64,000 nt of DNA from an uncultured Gemmatimonadales bacterium (GCA_963695555.1 CAVOGR010000005.1:160001-224000), one strand, 5' to 3'; positions 52,043 through 63,451 are shown, counted from the stretch's first letter. The notes: generated by a model not told the origin, from the sequence alone. Made by a program: numbers and translations.

Positions 52043-52270
52043 GTCGTCTCTCGATCGTGATGAAGTGTCTTGCGGAATACCGTATTCCGGTAGGACTATA
52101 GGCATAGCGAGGGAACCTGTCTACCGGCCGGCCGGAAGGCCTGTGGAATGGGGCCGCGGCGGGTACCGTGCCGGTGTATATTTCGAATTCTCGGGGTGGC
52201 GACATGTATCTCCGACGATACGTGACGCAATTCGCCCACGACATGTCATCTGAGACGAGGTCGCTCGCGC

Positions 52271-53491
52271 ATGGACGACGCCCTGTATTTTTCCGAGCAC
52301 CATCATCAAGTCCGTGAGATGGTTCGGGAGTTCGCCCGGAAGGAAGTGGCCCCCGTGGCGCGCGAGCTCGACCGTAGTCAGGAGTTTCCCTGGGAGAACA
52401 TCAAGAAGATGGGAGAGCTCGGCCTCCTCGGCGTACCGTGGGATGAGGAATTGGGCGGAGCCGGCATGGATGAGTTTTCCTATTACATCACCATCCACGA
52501 GCTCTCGCGGGTCGACGCCAGCCACGGTCTCACGGTGAGCGCCCACACGAATCTCGGGACCTCGCCGATTGTGGAGTTCGGGTCGGCCGAGCAGCGCCGG
52601 ACCTACGTTCCCTATCTCGCGTCGGGACAGGTGATCGGCGGGTTCGGCCTGACCGAGCCCGGCGCCGGCAGCGATGCTGGCGGCACCGCCACTACGGCAA
52701 TGGATCGCGGCGATCACTTCCTCTTGAATGGAACCAAGAACTTCATCACGCATGCCGGCGTCGGGGAGATCTTCTCCGTGACCGCCCGGACCGAGCCGGG
52801 AACGGATCACCGGGGCATCACGAGCTTCATCGTGACCAAGGACACGGTGGACATCGAGCAGTGCCGCCGGGTAGGGGTGGGGCACATCGAAGATCTTCCC
52901 AAGACGCCTGGCGTGCGGTCGGGCAAGAAGGAAGACAAGATGGGTTGGCGGGCGAGCGACACGCGCGAGCTGATCCTGGAAGACGCCATCGTCCCGAAGG
53001 AAAACATGCTGGGCCCGCCGGGACAGGGCTTCATCAACTTCCTGAAGACCCTCGATGCCGGCCGGATCGGCATCGCGGCGCTCTCGCTCGGCATTGCCCA
53101 AGGCGCGTATGAAGAGGCCCTGAACTATGCCGGTGTCCGCCACCAATTCGGGAAACCCATCGCGAGCTTCCAGGGGGTGAGTTTTGCCCTGGCCGACATG
53201 GCGCTCGAGATCGAAGCGGGAACCCACCTGCTGTATCACGCCGTGTGGCTGAAACAGCATGGGAAGCCGTTCAAGAAGGAAGCCGCCATGGCCAAGCTGT
53301 TTTGCTCGGAACTGGCCATGCGGGCGACGACCAAGGCCGTCCAGATTTTCGGAGGATACGGTTATACCACCGAGTACCCGGTTGAGCGGATGATGCGCGA
53401 TGCCAAGGTCTGCGAGATCGGGGAAGGCACGAGCGAGATCCAGCGCATCGTGATTGCCCGGCACATCCTCGCCGCGGCCGCCTCGCACTAG
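52271..53491 (+). CDS. Acyl-CoA dehydrogenase
   Basis: FGLTEPGAGSD, NGTKNFIT, KMGWRAS, QIFGGYGY, IGEGTSEIQR. Confidence 0.93.
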   Translation: MDDALYFSEHHHQVREMVREFARKEVAPVARELDRSQEFPWENIKKMGELGLLGVPWDEELGGAGMDEFSYYITIHELSRVDASHGLTVSAHTNLGTSPIVEFGSAEQRRTYVPYLASGQVIGGFGLTEPGAGSDAGGTATTAMDRGDHFLLNGTKNFITHAGVGEIFSVTARTEPGTDHRGITSFIVTKDTVDIEQCRRVGVGHIEDLPKTPGVRSGKKEDKMGWRASDTRELILEDAIVPKENMLGPPGQGFINFLKTLDAGRIGIAALSLGIAQGAYEEALNYAGVRHQFGKPIASFQGVSFALADMALEIEAGTHLLYHAVWLKQHGKPFKKEAAMAKLFCSELAMRATTKAVQIFGGYGYTTEYPVERMMRDAKVCEIGEGTSEIQRIVIARHILAAAASH

Positions 53492-53535
53492 AACTGGCTC
53501 GGGGCCGGCCTCGTCCCGGACCCTCGGCCGGCTCG

Positions 53536-53564
53536 TTGCTCTAACCGTCGGTCAATTCTATATT
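53536..53564 (+). promoter_or_regulatory. Putative sigma70 promoter of rne
   Basis: TTGCTC-N17-TATATT. Confidence 0.55.
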
Positions 53565-53569
53565 TAGGC

Positions 53570-54030
53570 ATGTTGCTGGTCCTCACCCTCGAACGCGCCC
53601 CCGAGGCAGGGAGCGCTTCGCGTCAGCCCCGAGTGCGGGCTGGCACGGCGAGGACCTGCCATCCTGCGATTTCCCCGGACCCCGGAGCGGCTCCAGGGCA
53701 CGAGGTCCGGATCAGATTGTTCCCAAGCAACATCAGTGATGTCGGGCCGGCTCGGCCGGCCGTTCCTCGAAGAGTTTCGGGTCCGTCCCGCGTGGCGACG
53801 CGACCAGGGCTCCCGGGTAGCGGCGGCACGACCGCCCGGACCAACCGGGTTTCACCTTCATCCGCAGTGTCCGTCGCCTCGACTGGCCGCGGATTCGGGG
53901 AACCCTCCTATACGAGATGCTCGGAGCTCCTGCTCCTGGCGTCACCCCCCCACATGGCTGACTGCCGCCGGATACAAGCGATCGGGACTACCGACGGTCG
54001 CTTCCGCGGCGGAGGCCGAGGGTATCAAGT
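53570..54030 (+). ncRNA. Long structured 5' leader of rne/rng (candidate cis-regulatory RNA)
   Basis: Several nested complementary helices begin right after the promoter; no convincing ORF. Confidence 0.45.
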
Positions 54031-55668
54031 TTGAAGCGCGAAATTCTCATCAGTGCGGGCCTCCGGGAAACCCGGGTGGCCATTTTGGAGGACGACCGTC
54101 TTGTCGAGATCCTGTACGACGAGCCTGATCGCCGGCGTACGGTCGGCAACATCTATCTTGGCCGGGTCGATGCGGTGTTGCCCGGCATCCAGGCGGCCTT
54201 TGTCGACATAGGGCAGGAAAAGAGCGCCTTCCTCCACGCCTCCGATCTGCTCGAGCCGGAGGAAGACGAGGACCCCGCCGACGCGCCCGACGTCGAAGTC
54301 GACGACGCGGACGGCGAGGCCGACACGGCGCAGCCGGCCGCTGAGCCCTCCGGGCGTCGTCGCCGCGGCCGTGGCCGGGGCAATGGGAACGGCGGGCGGC
54401 GAGAGCCCAAGTCCCGCCGAGCACTCCCCAACATCCAAGACGTCCTGTCCAAGGGCGAGATGGTGCTGGTGCAGGTCACCAAAGAGCCGATCGGGACCAA
54501 AGGGTGCCGAGTCACTCGGCAGGTGTCGCTCCCCGGCCGTTTCCTCGTGTACATGCCGTTCGCCTCGCGCGTCGGCATCAGCCGCAAGATCGCCGACCGC
54601 GAGCAGCGCGCGAAGCTCCGGGAGATGGTCTCGAAGCTGCTTCCGAAGAATGCGGGCGGCGTGATTGTCCGGACCGTTGCCGAAGGAGTGACGGAGGCGC
54701 ACTTCCGCCGTGAAATCGACTCGTTGATCAAGCTGTGGAAGAAGATCAAACGGAAGCAGTCGTTTGTGCGTGCGCCCAGCCTGGTGCAGCGCGAAACGAG
54801 CCTGACACGCGGCATCATCCGGGACCTCTTTAGCGACAAGGTGGATGCGCTCCACGTCGATACCAAAGAGGTGTTCAACGAGATCGGCCAATACCTCAAG
54901 CAAGTCGACCCCGAGCTCATGTCCCGGGTGCATCTGTACAAATCACGCGAGCCACTGTTCGACAAGTACGACATCGAGATGGAAATCCGCGAGCTGTTCA
55001 AGCCGCGCTGCGAGCTTCCCACCGGTGGTTCCATCATCATCCAGCCCACCGAGGCGCTCGTGTCGATCGATGTCAACACGGGCCGCTACACCGGGAAGAA
55101 AGACCCGGAGAAGACCATCCTCCGGACCAATGTCGAAGCGGCCCGCGAGATCGCCCGGCAGATTCGCCTCCGAGACATCGGCGGCATCATCGTGTGCGAT
55201 TTCATCGACATGGAATCGAAGGCCAATCGCGATCGGGTCCTGAACGAGCTCCGGAGCAACCTCGGACGGGACCGGGCCCGCACCAAGGCGTTCGCCGTGT
55301 CGGAGTTGGGGCTGATCGAGATGACCCGCCAACGGGTCCGCCCGTCCCTGTGGCACTCCCATACCACCTCGTGCCCGACCTGCGGTGGCATCGGGCGGGT
55401 GTTCCGGCCCGAAATCGTGACCCGGCGCCTGGAGCGTGCGCTCCGCCGCGCGGGCAACGAGCAGCGGGAGCCGAAGCTCGCGGTCCGGATCCATCCGGAG
55501 GTGGCCCTCTACCTGGCCGAGGAAGAGCCGAAGCTGCTGAAGGGCATCATGAGAGATACGGGGCTGGACATCGAGATCCGGGACGATCCGATGATCAAGC
55601 TGGACGAATTCCGCCTGATGAGCCGGCCAGCCGGTCGGGACGTGACCGAGCTGTACGCGGTGGCGTAG
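54031..55668 (+). CDS. rne: Ribonuclease E/G family
   Basis: GNIYLGRV, QAAFVDIG, QVTKEPIGTKG, IDVNTG, LRDIGGIIVCDFIDM, EMTRQR, CPTCGG. Confidence 0.92.
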   Translation: MKREILISAGLRETRVAILEDDRLVEILYDEPDRRRTVGNIYLGRVDAVLPGIQAAFVDIGQEKSAFLHASDLLEPEEDEDPADAPDVEVDDADGEADTAQPAAEPSGRRRRGRGRGNGNGGRREPKSRRALPNIQDVLSKGEMVLVQVTKEPIGTKGCRVTRQVSLPGRFLVYMPFASRVGISRKIADREQRAKLREMVSKLLPKNAGGVIVRTVAEGVTEAHFRREIDSLIKLWKKIKRKQSFVRAPSLVQRETSLTRGIIRDLFSDKVDALHVDTKEVFNEIGQYLKQVDPELMSRVHLYKSREPLFDKYDIEMEIRELFKPRCELPTGGSIIIQPTEALVSIDVNTGRYTGKKDPEKTILRTNVEAAREIARQIRLRDIGGIIVCDFIDMESKANRDRVLNELRSNLGRDRARTKAFAVSELGLIEMTRQRVRPSLWHSHTTSCPTCGGIGRVFRPEIVTRRLERALRRAGNEQREPKLAVRIHPEVALYLAEEEPKLLKGIMRDTGLDIEIRDDPMIKLDEFRLMSRPAGRDVTELYAVA

Positions 55669-55706
55669 GGTTCAGAATCGTCGAGCCACCGAGGGCGCCC
55701 TCCTCC

Positions 55707-55735
55707 TTGACCCGTGAGGGCCGAGGGCCTAGTTT
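55707..55735 (+). promoter_or_regulatory. Putative promoter of rplU-rpmA
   Basis: TTGACC-N17-TAGTTT. Confidence 0.55.
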
Positions 55736-55777
55736 TTAAGGCTTGTTCCGACAACGCTTTGTTTGGGGTGAGGACCA

Positions 55778-56095
55778 ATGACGTACGCCATTTTCCGGGC
55801 GCTAGGCAAGCAGTACCGTGCCGAGAAGGGTGCCGTGCTGCGGCTGCCGCGTATGGACGCGGAGCCGGGCTCCACGGTCACCTTCGAGGACGTGCTGCTG
55901 TCGTCCGATGGCAAGACGGTTCGCGCCGGCACCCCGGTGGTCAAGGGCGCCAAGGTCGAGGCCGAGGTCCTCCGGGAGGGGAAGGACAAGAAGATCTACA
56001 TCTTCCGGTTCAAGCGCCGGAAGGGCTATCGGCGGAAGACCGGGCATCGGCAGCGGTTCACCGAGGTTCGCGTCATGAATGTGAAGGCAGGGTGA
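55778..56095 (+). CDS. rplU: 50S ribosomal protein L21
   Basis: [22 protein letters not shown]. Confidence 0.97.
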   Translation: MTYAIFRALGKQYRAEKGAVLRLPRMDAEPGSTVTFEDVLLSSDGKTVRAGTPVVKGAKVEAEVLREGKDKKIYIFRFKRRKGYRRKTGHRQRFTEVRVMNVKAG

Positions 56096-56101
56096 GGCTC
56101 T

Positions 56102-56377
56102 ATGGCACATAAGAAGGGCGTCGGCTCCAGTCGAAACGGCCGCAACAGCAACCCCCAGTATCTGGGAGTCAAGAAATTCGGTGGCCAAGCGGTCATCGCG
56201 GGGAACATCCTCGTGCGCCAGCGCGGCACCAAGATCCACCCCGGCAAGAACGTGCAGCGTGGGCGGGACGACACGCTATTCGCCCTGATCGACGGGGTCG
56301 TGAAGTTCGAGCCCAAGGACAAGCGGCGCAAGCAGATCTCGGTGTACCCGCCCTCGGCCGAGGCGGTCAGCACCTGA
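56102..56377 (+). CDS. rpmA: 50S ribosomal protein L27
   Basis: [20 protein letters not shown]. Confidence 0.97.
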   Translation: MAHKKGVGSSRNGRNSNPQYLGVKKFGGQAVIAGNILVRQRGTKIHPGKNVQRGRDDTLFALIDGVVKFEPKDKRRKQISVYPPSAEAVST

Positions 56378-56407
56378 GTCGAGGTCCCGGAACTCGAGCG
56401 ACGGAAC

Positions 56408-56440
56408 AGGGCGCGGCTATCGGTCGCGCCCTTGGTCTTT
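56408..56440 (+). terminator. Intrinsic terminator after rpmA
   Basis: AGGGCGCGGC-TATCG-GTCGCGCCCT followed by TGGTCTTT. Confidence 0.65.
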
Positions 56441-56568
56441 CCTGACCCAGGCTTCCGCCGGCCCGGACGGGCCCTACTTTTCGAATTGAAACATTCAATC
56501 GGCGTCCTCCGTCTGAAATAGGGAGTAGTGGCCCTCTTTAGTGGCCCTCTTTAGGGAAGGAGCATTCC

Positions 56569-56934
56569 ATGTCGTCACTGCTGGACCGGCTGAACCAGGA
56601 AATCGAGGATCTGGGCAAGCGAGCCCAAGCTGCGATCGACCAAGGCCGCCTCAGGCTCGACCTCATGCGCATTCGCCGCAAGCAGGACAACGCGGCCCGG
56701 GATCTCGGCCTCCTCATTCACCGCCGGGAACGTGGTGGAGAGGTCGATCCGTCCCGTGTCGAGTCGCTGCTCGCCAAACTCGATCAGGTGGATCAGGAGA
56801 TCACCCGGCTCGAGCGGGAGATTGCGACGGCCAAGGCGGAGTCCGTCACGGTCGATCAGGAACCGGCGCCCAGCAATGCCGAAACGGGTGAAGCTGAGAT
56901 CGTCGAGGAACCCGAGGCCGAGCCGAAGGGCTAG
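56569..56934 (+). CDS. Hypothetical coiled-coil protein
   Basis: AAGGAG RBS; heptad-rich helices with an acidic tail. Confidence 0.7.
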   Translation: MSSLLDRLNQEIEDLGKRAQAAIDQGRLRLDLMRIRRKQDNAARDLGLLIHRRERGGEVDPSRVESLLAKLDQVDQEITRLEREIATAKAESVTVDQEPAPSNAETGEAEIVEEPEAEPKG

Positions 56935-56935
56935 G

Positions 56936-57814
56936 TTACGACCTGGGTCGATCGGGCGAAGTCTCCGGGAACAGCGTGAGGCTGTTGTCGGAGAGAATGC
57001 GCCGTTGCGTGGCCGGGTCGAGCGGCAGCGCCCGGAATTGATCGAGATTGTGTTTCAAGTCTCGGACGCCCGGGCTTGGCCAGTCCGTTCCCCAGAGCGT
57101 CTTGGGCGCCAACTCCTCCAACCGCGGGAAGTATTCCAATAGCTTGCTGGGCGGGATTCCGCTCACCTCCAGATGCACATTTCGGTGACGACGCAAGACG
57201 AAGAAGGCCTGCGCCATCCAAAAGGGCCTGCCGCCGTGCGCCATGATGATCCGAAGGTCGGGAAAATCGATCGCCACGTCGTCCAGCTCGAGCGGATTGC
57301 CCCACTTGGACCGGGCACCCGGAAAGATGCTGGTGCCGGTGTGGATCATGACCGGAAGCCCCCGTTCTTCACACCGCGCATAGATCCGCGCGAGCGCCAC
57401 GAGTCCTTCGGTATAGGCGTTTGCCGGAAACAACTGGTGAGACGGGTGGATCTTGAGGCACCGGATACCGAGTTCGATCAGGTGATCGACATCGCCGGCC
57501 GGATCCGTGGTAAAGCGTGGGTGCACGCCGCCGAATGGGATGAAACGCTCGGGCGCTCTGGCGGCGTAGTCGGCGGCGAACTCATTGGTGGAATCGTCGA
57601 ACCCCATGAGATCGGGGCTTGGGTAGTTGATGAGCCCAACCCGCGCGATGCCAGAGCTGTCCATGATCTCGAGCAGCATGTCGGGATGGTCCATGAGCGC
57701 GAGGAGCCAGTCCCAGTGGTCCTCCTTGCCACGACGCATGGCCGCCATGACGGCGGGTTTGAGCTGTCGCCACGGCTGGATGTGGACGTGCACGTCGGTG
57801 ATGGGGTATGGCAT
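56936..57814 (-). CDS. Amidohydrolase family 2 protein
   Basis: DVHVH, LKIHP, IHTG, MAHGG, WGTDWP. Confidence 0.88.
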   Translation of the reverse strand: MPYPITDVHVHIQPWRQLKPAVMAAMRRGKEDHWDWLLALMDHPDMLLEIMDSSGIARVGLINYPSPDLMGFDDSTNEFAADYAARAPERFIPFGGVHPRFTTDPAGDVDHLIELGIRCLKIHPSHQLFPANAYTEGLVALARIYARCEERGLPVMIHTGTSIFPGARSKWGNPLELDDVAIDFPDLRIIMAHGGRPFWMAQAFFVLRRHRNVHLEVSGIPPSKLLEYFPRLEELAPKTLWGTDWPSPGVRDLKHNLDQFRALPLDPATQRRILSDNSLTLFPETSPDRPRS

Positions 57815-57821
57815 TCGAGTG

Positions 57822-57862
57822 CAGGGTGTAGGAAGTAGGAATGTAGGTTGTAGGGAGAGAGG
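57822..57862. repeat. Heptamer array, C-rich on the mRNA just before the amidohydrolase ATG
   Basis: CAGGGTG-TAGGAAG-TAGGAATG-TAGGTTG-TAGGGAG. Confidence 0.8.
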
Positions 57863-58645
57863 TCATCTCCCCTTGAACTCGGGCTTCCGCTTTTCCTGGA
57901 ATGCCTTCACGCCTTCCACCTTGTCCTCGCTGGCGAAGGCAATACCGAAGAGGGTCGTTTCCTGACTCAACCCCTGGTCGAGCGGCGTGCGAACGGATGC
58001 GCGGAGCGCCTCTTTGATCAGGCTGAGTGCGACGGGGCTCTTCGCGGCGATGGTGCGCGCCATCTCCATGACGTGGTCCCGGAGGGCGGCGGCGGGCACC
58101 ACTTCATCCACCAACCCGATCCGCAAGGCCTCCTCGGCGCCGATCAGCTGGCCGGAATAGAGCAACCGGAAGGCATTCCCGAGCCCGACCAGCCGGGGGA
58201 GGCGCTGCGTGCCCCCGCCGCCCGGCAGAATGCCGAGGTTCACCTCCGGCTGCCCCAGCTTCGCCGTGTCCGCCGCGATGCGAATGTCGCAGGCCATGGC
58301 GAGTTCGCACCCGCCTCCCAGAGCAAACCCATTGATCATCGCGAGCACGGGTTTTGGAAAGCGGTCGACGCAATCGAAGATGGTGGGTGCGTTCATGACC
58401 CGGAATTGGTCGACGGCGGAGCGGCCCTCGAACTCGCCGATGTCCGCCCCGGCCACAAAGGCCTTGTCGCCTGCTCCAGTAACGATCACGACTCGCGCAT
58501 CGCGAGTGTTGCGCAGGGCATCCATCACGCCGAGGAACTCCGAGCGCGTTGCGGCGTCGAGCGCGTTCAGCTTCTCGGGTCGGTTGATGGTGACCACGGC
58601 GACGCGGTCGTCGATGTCGCACAGGACGAGTTTCGGCTCAGTCAT
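57863..58645 (-). CDS. Enoyl-CoA hydratase (PaaF/crotonase-like)
   Basis: [38 protein letters not shown]. Confidence 0.9.
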   Translation of the reverse strand: MTEPKLVLCDIDDRVAVVTINRPEKLNALDAATRSEFLGVMDALRNTRDARVVIVTGAGDKAFVAGADIGEFEGRSAVDQFRVMNAPTIFDCVDRFPKPVLAMINGFALGGGCELAMACDIRIAADTAKLGQPEVNLGILPGGGGTQRLPRLVGLGNAFRLLYSGQLIGAEEALRIGLVDEVVPAAALRDHVMEMARTIAAKSPVALSLIKEALRASVRTPLDQGLSQETTLFGIAFASEDKVEGVKAFQEKRKPEFKGR

Positions 58646-59505
58646 GGTGAGGTCCAGTCGTAGAATCCCTGCCCGGTCTTCTTGCCGAGCTTGCCCTCCG
58701 CGACGAGCTGCCGGAGGATGGCGGGAGGCTCGAACTGCGTGCCACCCAAGGTCCGATGGAGATATTCGGCGATGCTGAGCCGCACATCGAGGCCCACCAC
58801 GTCGGTCAGCCGAAGCGGGCCCATCGGGTGGTTGTAGCCCAATTCCATTGCCGTGTCGATATCGGCGGCGCTCGCAACTCCTTGCTCGAGCATGCGCATG
58901 GCCTCGAGGCCGAGGACCAGGCCAAGCCGGCTCGACGCAAATCCCGGGGAATCCTCGACGACGATGGGCTCCTTGCCCAAGCCCCGGACAACGGTCAGCG
59001 CCTCCTCCCGTGTCTCGGCAGAGGTGGACCCGTGCACGACGATCTCCACCAATTTCATGATATGGACGGGATTGAAGAAATGGAGGCCGAGGAATCGTTC
59101 GGGGCGGGGGAGGCGCTCGGCGATGCTGGCGATCGACAGGGACGACGTATTGGTGGCAAAGAGGGCATCCGCCTTCGCCGCGCGGGCCGCCCGAGCCAGA
59201 ACCTCCTGCTTGGCGGCCAGGTCCTCGACCACGGCCTCGATCACCACCTCGGTGCCATCGCAGGCGGCGGCAAGCGATGGCGCGAGCATGAGGCGTCCGA
59301 GTGCTGCACCGCGGCCCTCGTCGTCGAGCTTCCCGCGGGCTACGGCACCGTTCAGGTTGGCGCTGATCCGCTCGCGCGCTCGGGGTAGCGCGTCTGCTCG
59401 TGCGTCGGTGAGCCGGGTGCTCCAGCCGGCCACAGCGAACACCTGGGCGATGCCGGCGCCCATGGTTCCCGCCCCGATGACGGCAACAGTCCGGTCGTTG
59501 GTCAT
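58642..59505 (-). CDS. 3-hydroxyacyl-CoA dehydrogenase (PaaH/Hbd-like)
   Basis: [36 protein letters not shown]. Confidence 0.92.
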   Translation of the reverse strand: MTNDRTVAVIGAGTMGAGIAQVFAVAGWSTRLTDARADALPRARERISANLNGAVARGKLDDEGRGAALGRLMLAPSLAAACDGTEVVIEAVVEDLAAKQEVLARAARAAKADALFATNTSSLSIASIAERLPRPERFLGLHFFNPVHIMKLVEIVVHGSTSAETREEALTVVRGLGKEPIVVEDSPGFASSRLGLVLGLEAMRMLEQGVASAADIDTAMELGYNHPMGPLRLTDVVGLDVRLSIAEYLHRTLGGTQFEPPAILRQLVAEGKLGKKTGQGFYDWTSP

Positions 59506-60191
59506 CCTTCCCTCCGTCCCACGGCGGCGCGAATACGCTCGGGATAGTTGCCGCATATCCCGTCCACGCCGAGGCTCACGAGCCGCTCGATGTCCGCCTC
59601 TTCGTTCGCGGTCCAGGCAATGATACTGGCACCGGCACCATGTATGAGCGTGACGAGTTCGCGATCGATATACTGACGCGCCTGCCAGAGCGTGCTCGCT
59701 CCCGCCGCGGCTAGCAGTGGGCGGGCGTCGATGGGCCGGGAGGCGAGCAGAATCCCGCGCCGAAGCGAAGGCCGGGTGCGGCCAAGCCGAGCCACGATGC
59801 GGTGGTCGAAACTGTGGACGCTGGAGCGCGCTGGGAACGGTCCGGCATCGAGTTCGGCGAGGAAGCGCGAGTCGTGGCTGGGCGGCAGGCTCTTTATTTC
59901 GATCCACACGTCGCAATCGCCCAGGAGGCTCAGCACCTCGCCAAGCAACGGGACGGTCTCGCCGTTGGGAAGCTTGGTCCGGGTCACGGTCCGAGTGTCC
60001 AACTCCGCAATGATGCCGACCTCTGGCAGATCCGGATCGTGGTGAACCACCATGCCGCCATCGCCCGCGGCATGGACGTCAAGTTCGACCCCGTCGGCCC
60101 CGAGTTCGACCGCGCGGCGAAAGGCCTCCCGGGAGTTCTCGTACGCGTGTCCGGACGCACCCCGGTGGGCCAAGACCACGGCGCGGGCCAT
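59502..60191 (-). CDS. Glycerophosphodiester phosphodiesterase
   Basis: AHRGAS..EN, ELDV, HHD, IEIK, WTAN. Confidence 0.88.
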   Translation of the reverse strand: MARAVVLAHRGASGHAYENSREAFRRAVELGADGVELDVHAAGDGGMVVHHDPDLPEVGIIAELDTRTVTRTKLPNGETVPLLGEVLSLLGDCDVWIEIKSLPPSHDSRFLAELDAGPFPARSSVHSFDHRIVARLGRTRPSLRRGILLASRPIDARPLLAAAGASTLWQARQYIDRELVTLIHGAGASIIAWTANEEADIERLVSLGVDGICGNYPERIRAAVGRREG

Positions 60192-60274
60192 GACGGCTAG
60201 GGCCTGGCGGGCCAGACGGGACGTCGGGCTGGTATGGGTGGAGACCCCAACCAGCCCGCGCTGATTGAGCGCAC

Positions 60275-61402
60275 TCAGTTCACGTCGAGATTACGTGCTT
60301 CGATCCAATCCGGCTCTTTGAATACGCCGCGCAGATACTCGCGATCTTCATCGGTCGGCGTGACCGAGGCGAGGTACGCCGGATAGGCTGCCTCGCTCTT
60401 CTCCTCTCCCGTGACGGCGAAACACTGCCCGGCGTAGGCGCCGATATGGCGGTTGAACTTGAGATCGGGCACACGCAGGTGTCGGTCGGGGTCTGCAATG
60501 GCCCGATTCAGCCGCTCCACCAGCCTGGACACCTCTTGGCGGTACAGTTCGCGGCTGGCCTCGTTCAGGTGGGCCACGTCGACGTTCATGTCGGTCTCGC
60601 GTTCGTCGAACCGACCCTTGAGCCCCCAGACGTAGGCCCAGTGGGCGCTCGAGGAGTTATCGGTCCCGAACAGATCGAACGCCGTGGGGACCCACTTGTT
60701 GAAATACCGCTGCATGATCTCCGGCGGGATCTTTCCAGCCCGAATGATGCGCAGCAATCCGTTGTTGCCGGTTCCCAGGTGGAAGCTCTCCTCCTTGAGC
60801 ATCGGGCCCATCGACCGGGCCAGCGGGTGAAACGCCGAGGTCGAGAGCATCTTGAGCTGGAACTTGCCGTCGCGGTCGATGAACTGGGTGTAGGTGAAGA
60901 AGTCGAGCCAGTTGTCGACGATTTCGTTGAACGACCCGAGCAGCCGCTGACCCTCCTGGGCCGTACGCTCGAGCAGCTTCTGGGCCTCGCGACGACCCTC
61001 GTCACCGAAGTGCTCGCAGAGCAGGTACGACATTTGCCAGCCGTGCCGCATCTCTTCCATCATGACCCGCATGATCGAGAAGAGGTCGTAGTCGCTGGGA
61101 GAGGTTTCCAACAGGTTCCGTTGTTGCTCCACGGAGGCAAACTCGGTGTCGCCCTGATAGACGATCAGATTGAGCAACGCATCGCGCACCCGCTGGTCGG
61201 GAATGTGCATCAGCGTCGGCCACTTGACCTGACCCTTGTAGTGGCCGAACTCGATGATTTCGACCTCGGGTGGCCCGAACTTCTCTTCGAAGGAAATCTT
61301 GGTGAACGGCGTGCCCTGGAATTCCTTGCTCGCGAGCCCGAGAGACTCCTGCCAGAAGCGGAAGTAATCGATCCAATCGTCCCAATTGTGTACCCGTCGC
61401 AT
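60275..61402 (-). CDS. Di-iron aryl-CoA epoxidase, short BoxB-like (PaaA/BoxB ferritin-like)
   Basis: QGDTEFASVEQQ, EEMRH, DRDGKFQL, EESFH, DLFG. Confidence 0.8.
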   Translation of the reverse strand: MRRVHNWDDWIDYFRFWQESLGLASKEFQGTPFTKISFEEKFGPPEVEIIEFGHYKGQVKWPTLMHIPDQRVRDALLNLIVYQGDTEFASVEQQRNLLETSPSDYDLFSIMRVMMEEMRHGWQMSYLLCEHFGDEGRREAQKLLERTAQEGQRLLGSFNEIVDNWLDFFTYTQFIDRDGKFQLKMLSTSAFHPLARSMGPMLKEESFHLGTGNNGLLRIIRAGKIPPEIMQRYFNKWVPTAFDLFGTDNSSSAHWAYVWGLKGRFDERETDMNVDVAHLNEASRELYRQEVSRLVERLNRAIADPDRHLRVPDLKFNRHIGAYAGQCFAVTGEEKSEAAYPAYLASVTPTDEDREYLRGVFKEPDWIEARNLDVN

Positions 61403-61413
61403 GAATTATTTCC

Positions 61414-62229
61414 TCATCGTCCGTGAAATTCCGGGTCGCGTTTGGAGGCAAACGCGGCGAGTCCTTCGGTCGCATCCTCACTTCTGAAACAGATCAACTG
61501 ATGTTCGGCCTCGCGCGCGAGGGCCGAGCCGAGATCGGAGTGCCGGCCGTGGTAGACCGCCTGCTTGACGAGGCTGACGGCGATGGGAGGCAAGGCCGCC
61601 AGGCGGGCCGCCCACTGGGCCGTCTCTTCAGCCAGCCGGTCGGCCGGGACCACTCGGTTTACCAGCCCGAGGTCGAGGCACCGCGCCGCCGTCACCATCT
61701 CGGTCGACCAGATGAGTTCGAGCGCTCGACTCGGACCCACCAATCGCGGCAGGAAATAGGTGCCACCCATGTCGGGATGGAGCCCGATCTTGTGGAACAC
61801 TTGTCCGATCGACGCGTCGGCGGCGGCGATCCTCAGATCGCACGCCAACGCCAGGTTGGCTCCGCCGCCGGCCGCGGGACCGTTGAGGCTCCCTAGCACA
61901 GGCTGGGGCGCCTGGCGGAGCAGCGCCACCAGCTCGCCGCCCGAGTGGACCAGGGCCATCGCGGCGTCCACATCCTGGCGCCCGAGCGCGTCTCCCATAA
62001 AGCGCACGTCCGCCCCGGCGCAAAAGGCTCGGCCCGCGCCGGTCACCACAATGGCGCGGACGCCTGGGTGATCGATGAGGCGCCGAGCGGCATCGACCAT
62101 TTCTTCGCGCATGATACCGTCGAACGCGTTGAGGCGCTCCGGGCGATTGAGCAGGAGCGTCCCGACACCGCTCCCGACCTGTGCCGTCACAAACTGGTGG
62201 CTGCCCAACGTGACGGGGCGGTCAGGCAT
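61414..62229 (-). CDS. Enoyl-CoA hydratase/isomerase (PaaG-like)
   Basis: [38 protein letters not shown] (Asp-type catalytic site). Confidence 0.85.
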   Translation of the reverse strand: MPDRPVTLGSHQFVTAQVGSGVGTLLLNRPERLNAFDGIMREEMVDAARRLIDHPGVRAIVVTGAGRAFCAGADVRFMGDALGRQDVDAAMALVHSGGELVALLRQAPQPVLGSLNGPAAGGGANLALACDLRIAAADASIGQVFHKIGLHPDMGGTYFLPRLVGPSRALELIWSTEMVTAARCLDLGLVNRVVPADRLAEETAQWAARLAALPPIAVSLVKQAVYHGRHSDLGSALAREAEHQLICFRSEDATEGLAAFASKRDPEFHGR

Positions 62230-63424
62230 CGTCCATCCGTTCGATGATCATGGCCATGCCCTGTCCCACTCCGATGCACAGGGTGACGAGCCCGTAACGG
62301 CCACCGACACGACGGAGCCCAAACACCAGCGTCGTCAGCAGCTTGGCGCCGGTCGCACCGAGCGGGTGGCCCAGCGCGATGGCGCCGCCCGATACGTTGA
62401 CGCGCGCCGGATCGAGGCTCAGGTCACGGATGCAGGGAAGAGCCTGGGCCGCGAAGGCTTCATTGAGCTCGATCAGGTCGAGGTCCTCGACCCGAAGCCC
62501 AGCGCGTGCCAACGCCTTCCGCGTGGCCGGCACGGGCCCCAGTCCCATACAGCTCGGGTCGAGACCGGCCACCGCGGTCGTGACGATCCGGGCCAGCGGC
62601 GGAACGCCCGCTCGCCCGGCTGCGGCTTCGCTCATCACGACAAGCGCCGCGGCTCCATCGTTGATGCCACTCGAGTTCCCGGCCGTGACGGTGCCGCCCT
62701 CCTGAAACGCCGGCCGGAGCTTCGCCAGCTGCTCCGCGGTAACGTCTGGTCGGGGGTGCTCATCCACCAGGACCCTCGTTGTTGCGCCTTTCCTTCCGGG
62801 CACTTCCACCGCGACCAGTTCCTGGTCGAAGTGCCCCGCGGCCATGGCCGCCTGCGCGCGGCGTTGGCTTTCGAGCGCGAACGCGTCCTGGTCCTCCCGG
62901 GTCACGCTGTGCATCGCGGCAACACGCTCCGCGGTCTGCCCCAAGGAGATCGTCCAGTCAGGATTCATCCTGGGGTTCACGAACCGCCACCCGATGGTCG
63001 AGTCGGCCACCGACGGCGTGGCGCGGCCCCATGGTTGGTCGCTCTTGAGCATCACGTAGGGCGCCCTGGTCATGCTCTCGACGCCACCCGCAATGAAGAC
63101 GTCGCCCTCATTTGATCGAATTGCCTGGGCGGCACTGGCCACGGCCTGCAAGCCGGAGGCGCACAGGCGGTTGATGGTCTGCCCCGGCACCTCAACGGGT
63201 AGTCCGGCCAGGAGGGCCGCCATCCGTGCCACGTTCCGGTTGTCTTCGCCGGCCTGGTTGGTGCAGCCCAGAATGACGTCATCGATCTGGTCGACGGGCA
63301 ACGCGGAGCGGTCAACAACCGCGCGCACGACGTGACTTGCCAAGTCGTCCGCACGGACCGAGGCGAGCGCGCCGCCGGCCCGCCCCACGGGTGTCCGTAC
63401 CGCCGCCGTGATGAAGGCCTCCAT
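62222..63424 (-). CDS. Acetyl-CoA C-acyltransferase (PaaJ/PcaF-like thiolase)
   Basis: [40 protein letters not shown]. Confidence 0.92.
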   Translation of the reverse strand: MEAFITAAVRTPVGRAGGALASVRADDLASHVVRAVVDRSALPVDQIDDVILGCTNQAGEDNRNVARMAALLAGLPVEVPGQTINRLCASGLQAVASAAQAIRSNEGDVFIAGGVESMTRAPYVMLKSDQPWGRATPSVADSTIGWRFVNPRMNPDWTISLGQTAERVAAMHSVTREDQDAFALESQRRAQAAMAAGHFDQELVAVEVPGRKGATTRVLVDEHPRPDVTAEQLAKLRPAFQEGGTVTAGNSSGINDGAAALVVMSEAAAGRAGVPPLARIVTTAVAGLDPSCMGLGPVPATRKALARAGLRVEDLDLIELNEAFAAQALPCIRDLSLDPARVNVSGGAIALGHPLGATGAKLLTTLVFGLRRVGGRYGLVTLCIGVGQGMAMIIERMDDA

Positions 63425-63451
63425 GCCGTGGCTCCTATCCGCAACGGCCGG

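Noticed and set aside
53570..54034. 154-aa ORF upstream of rne
   Set aside because: Low-complexity Pro/Arg/Ser translation starting at the predicted TSS; better explained as a structured leader
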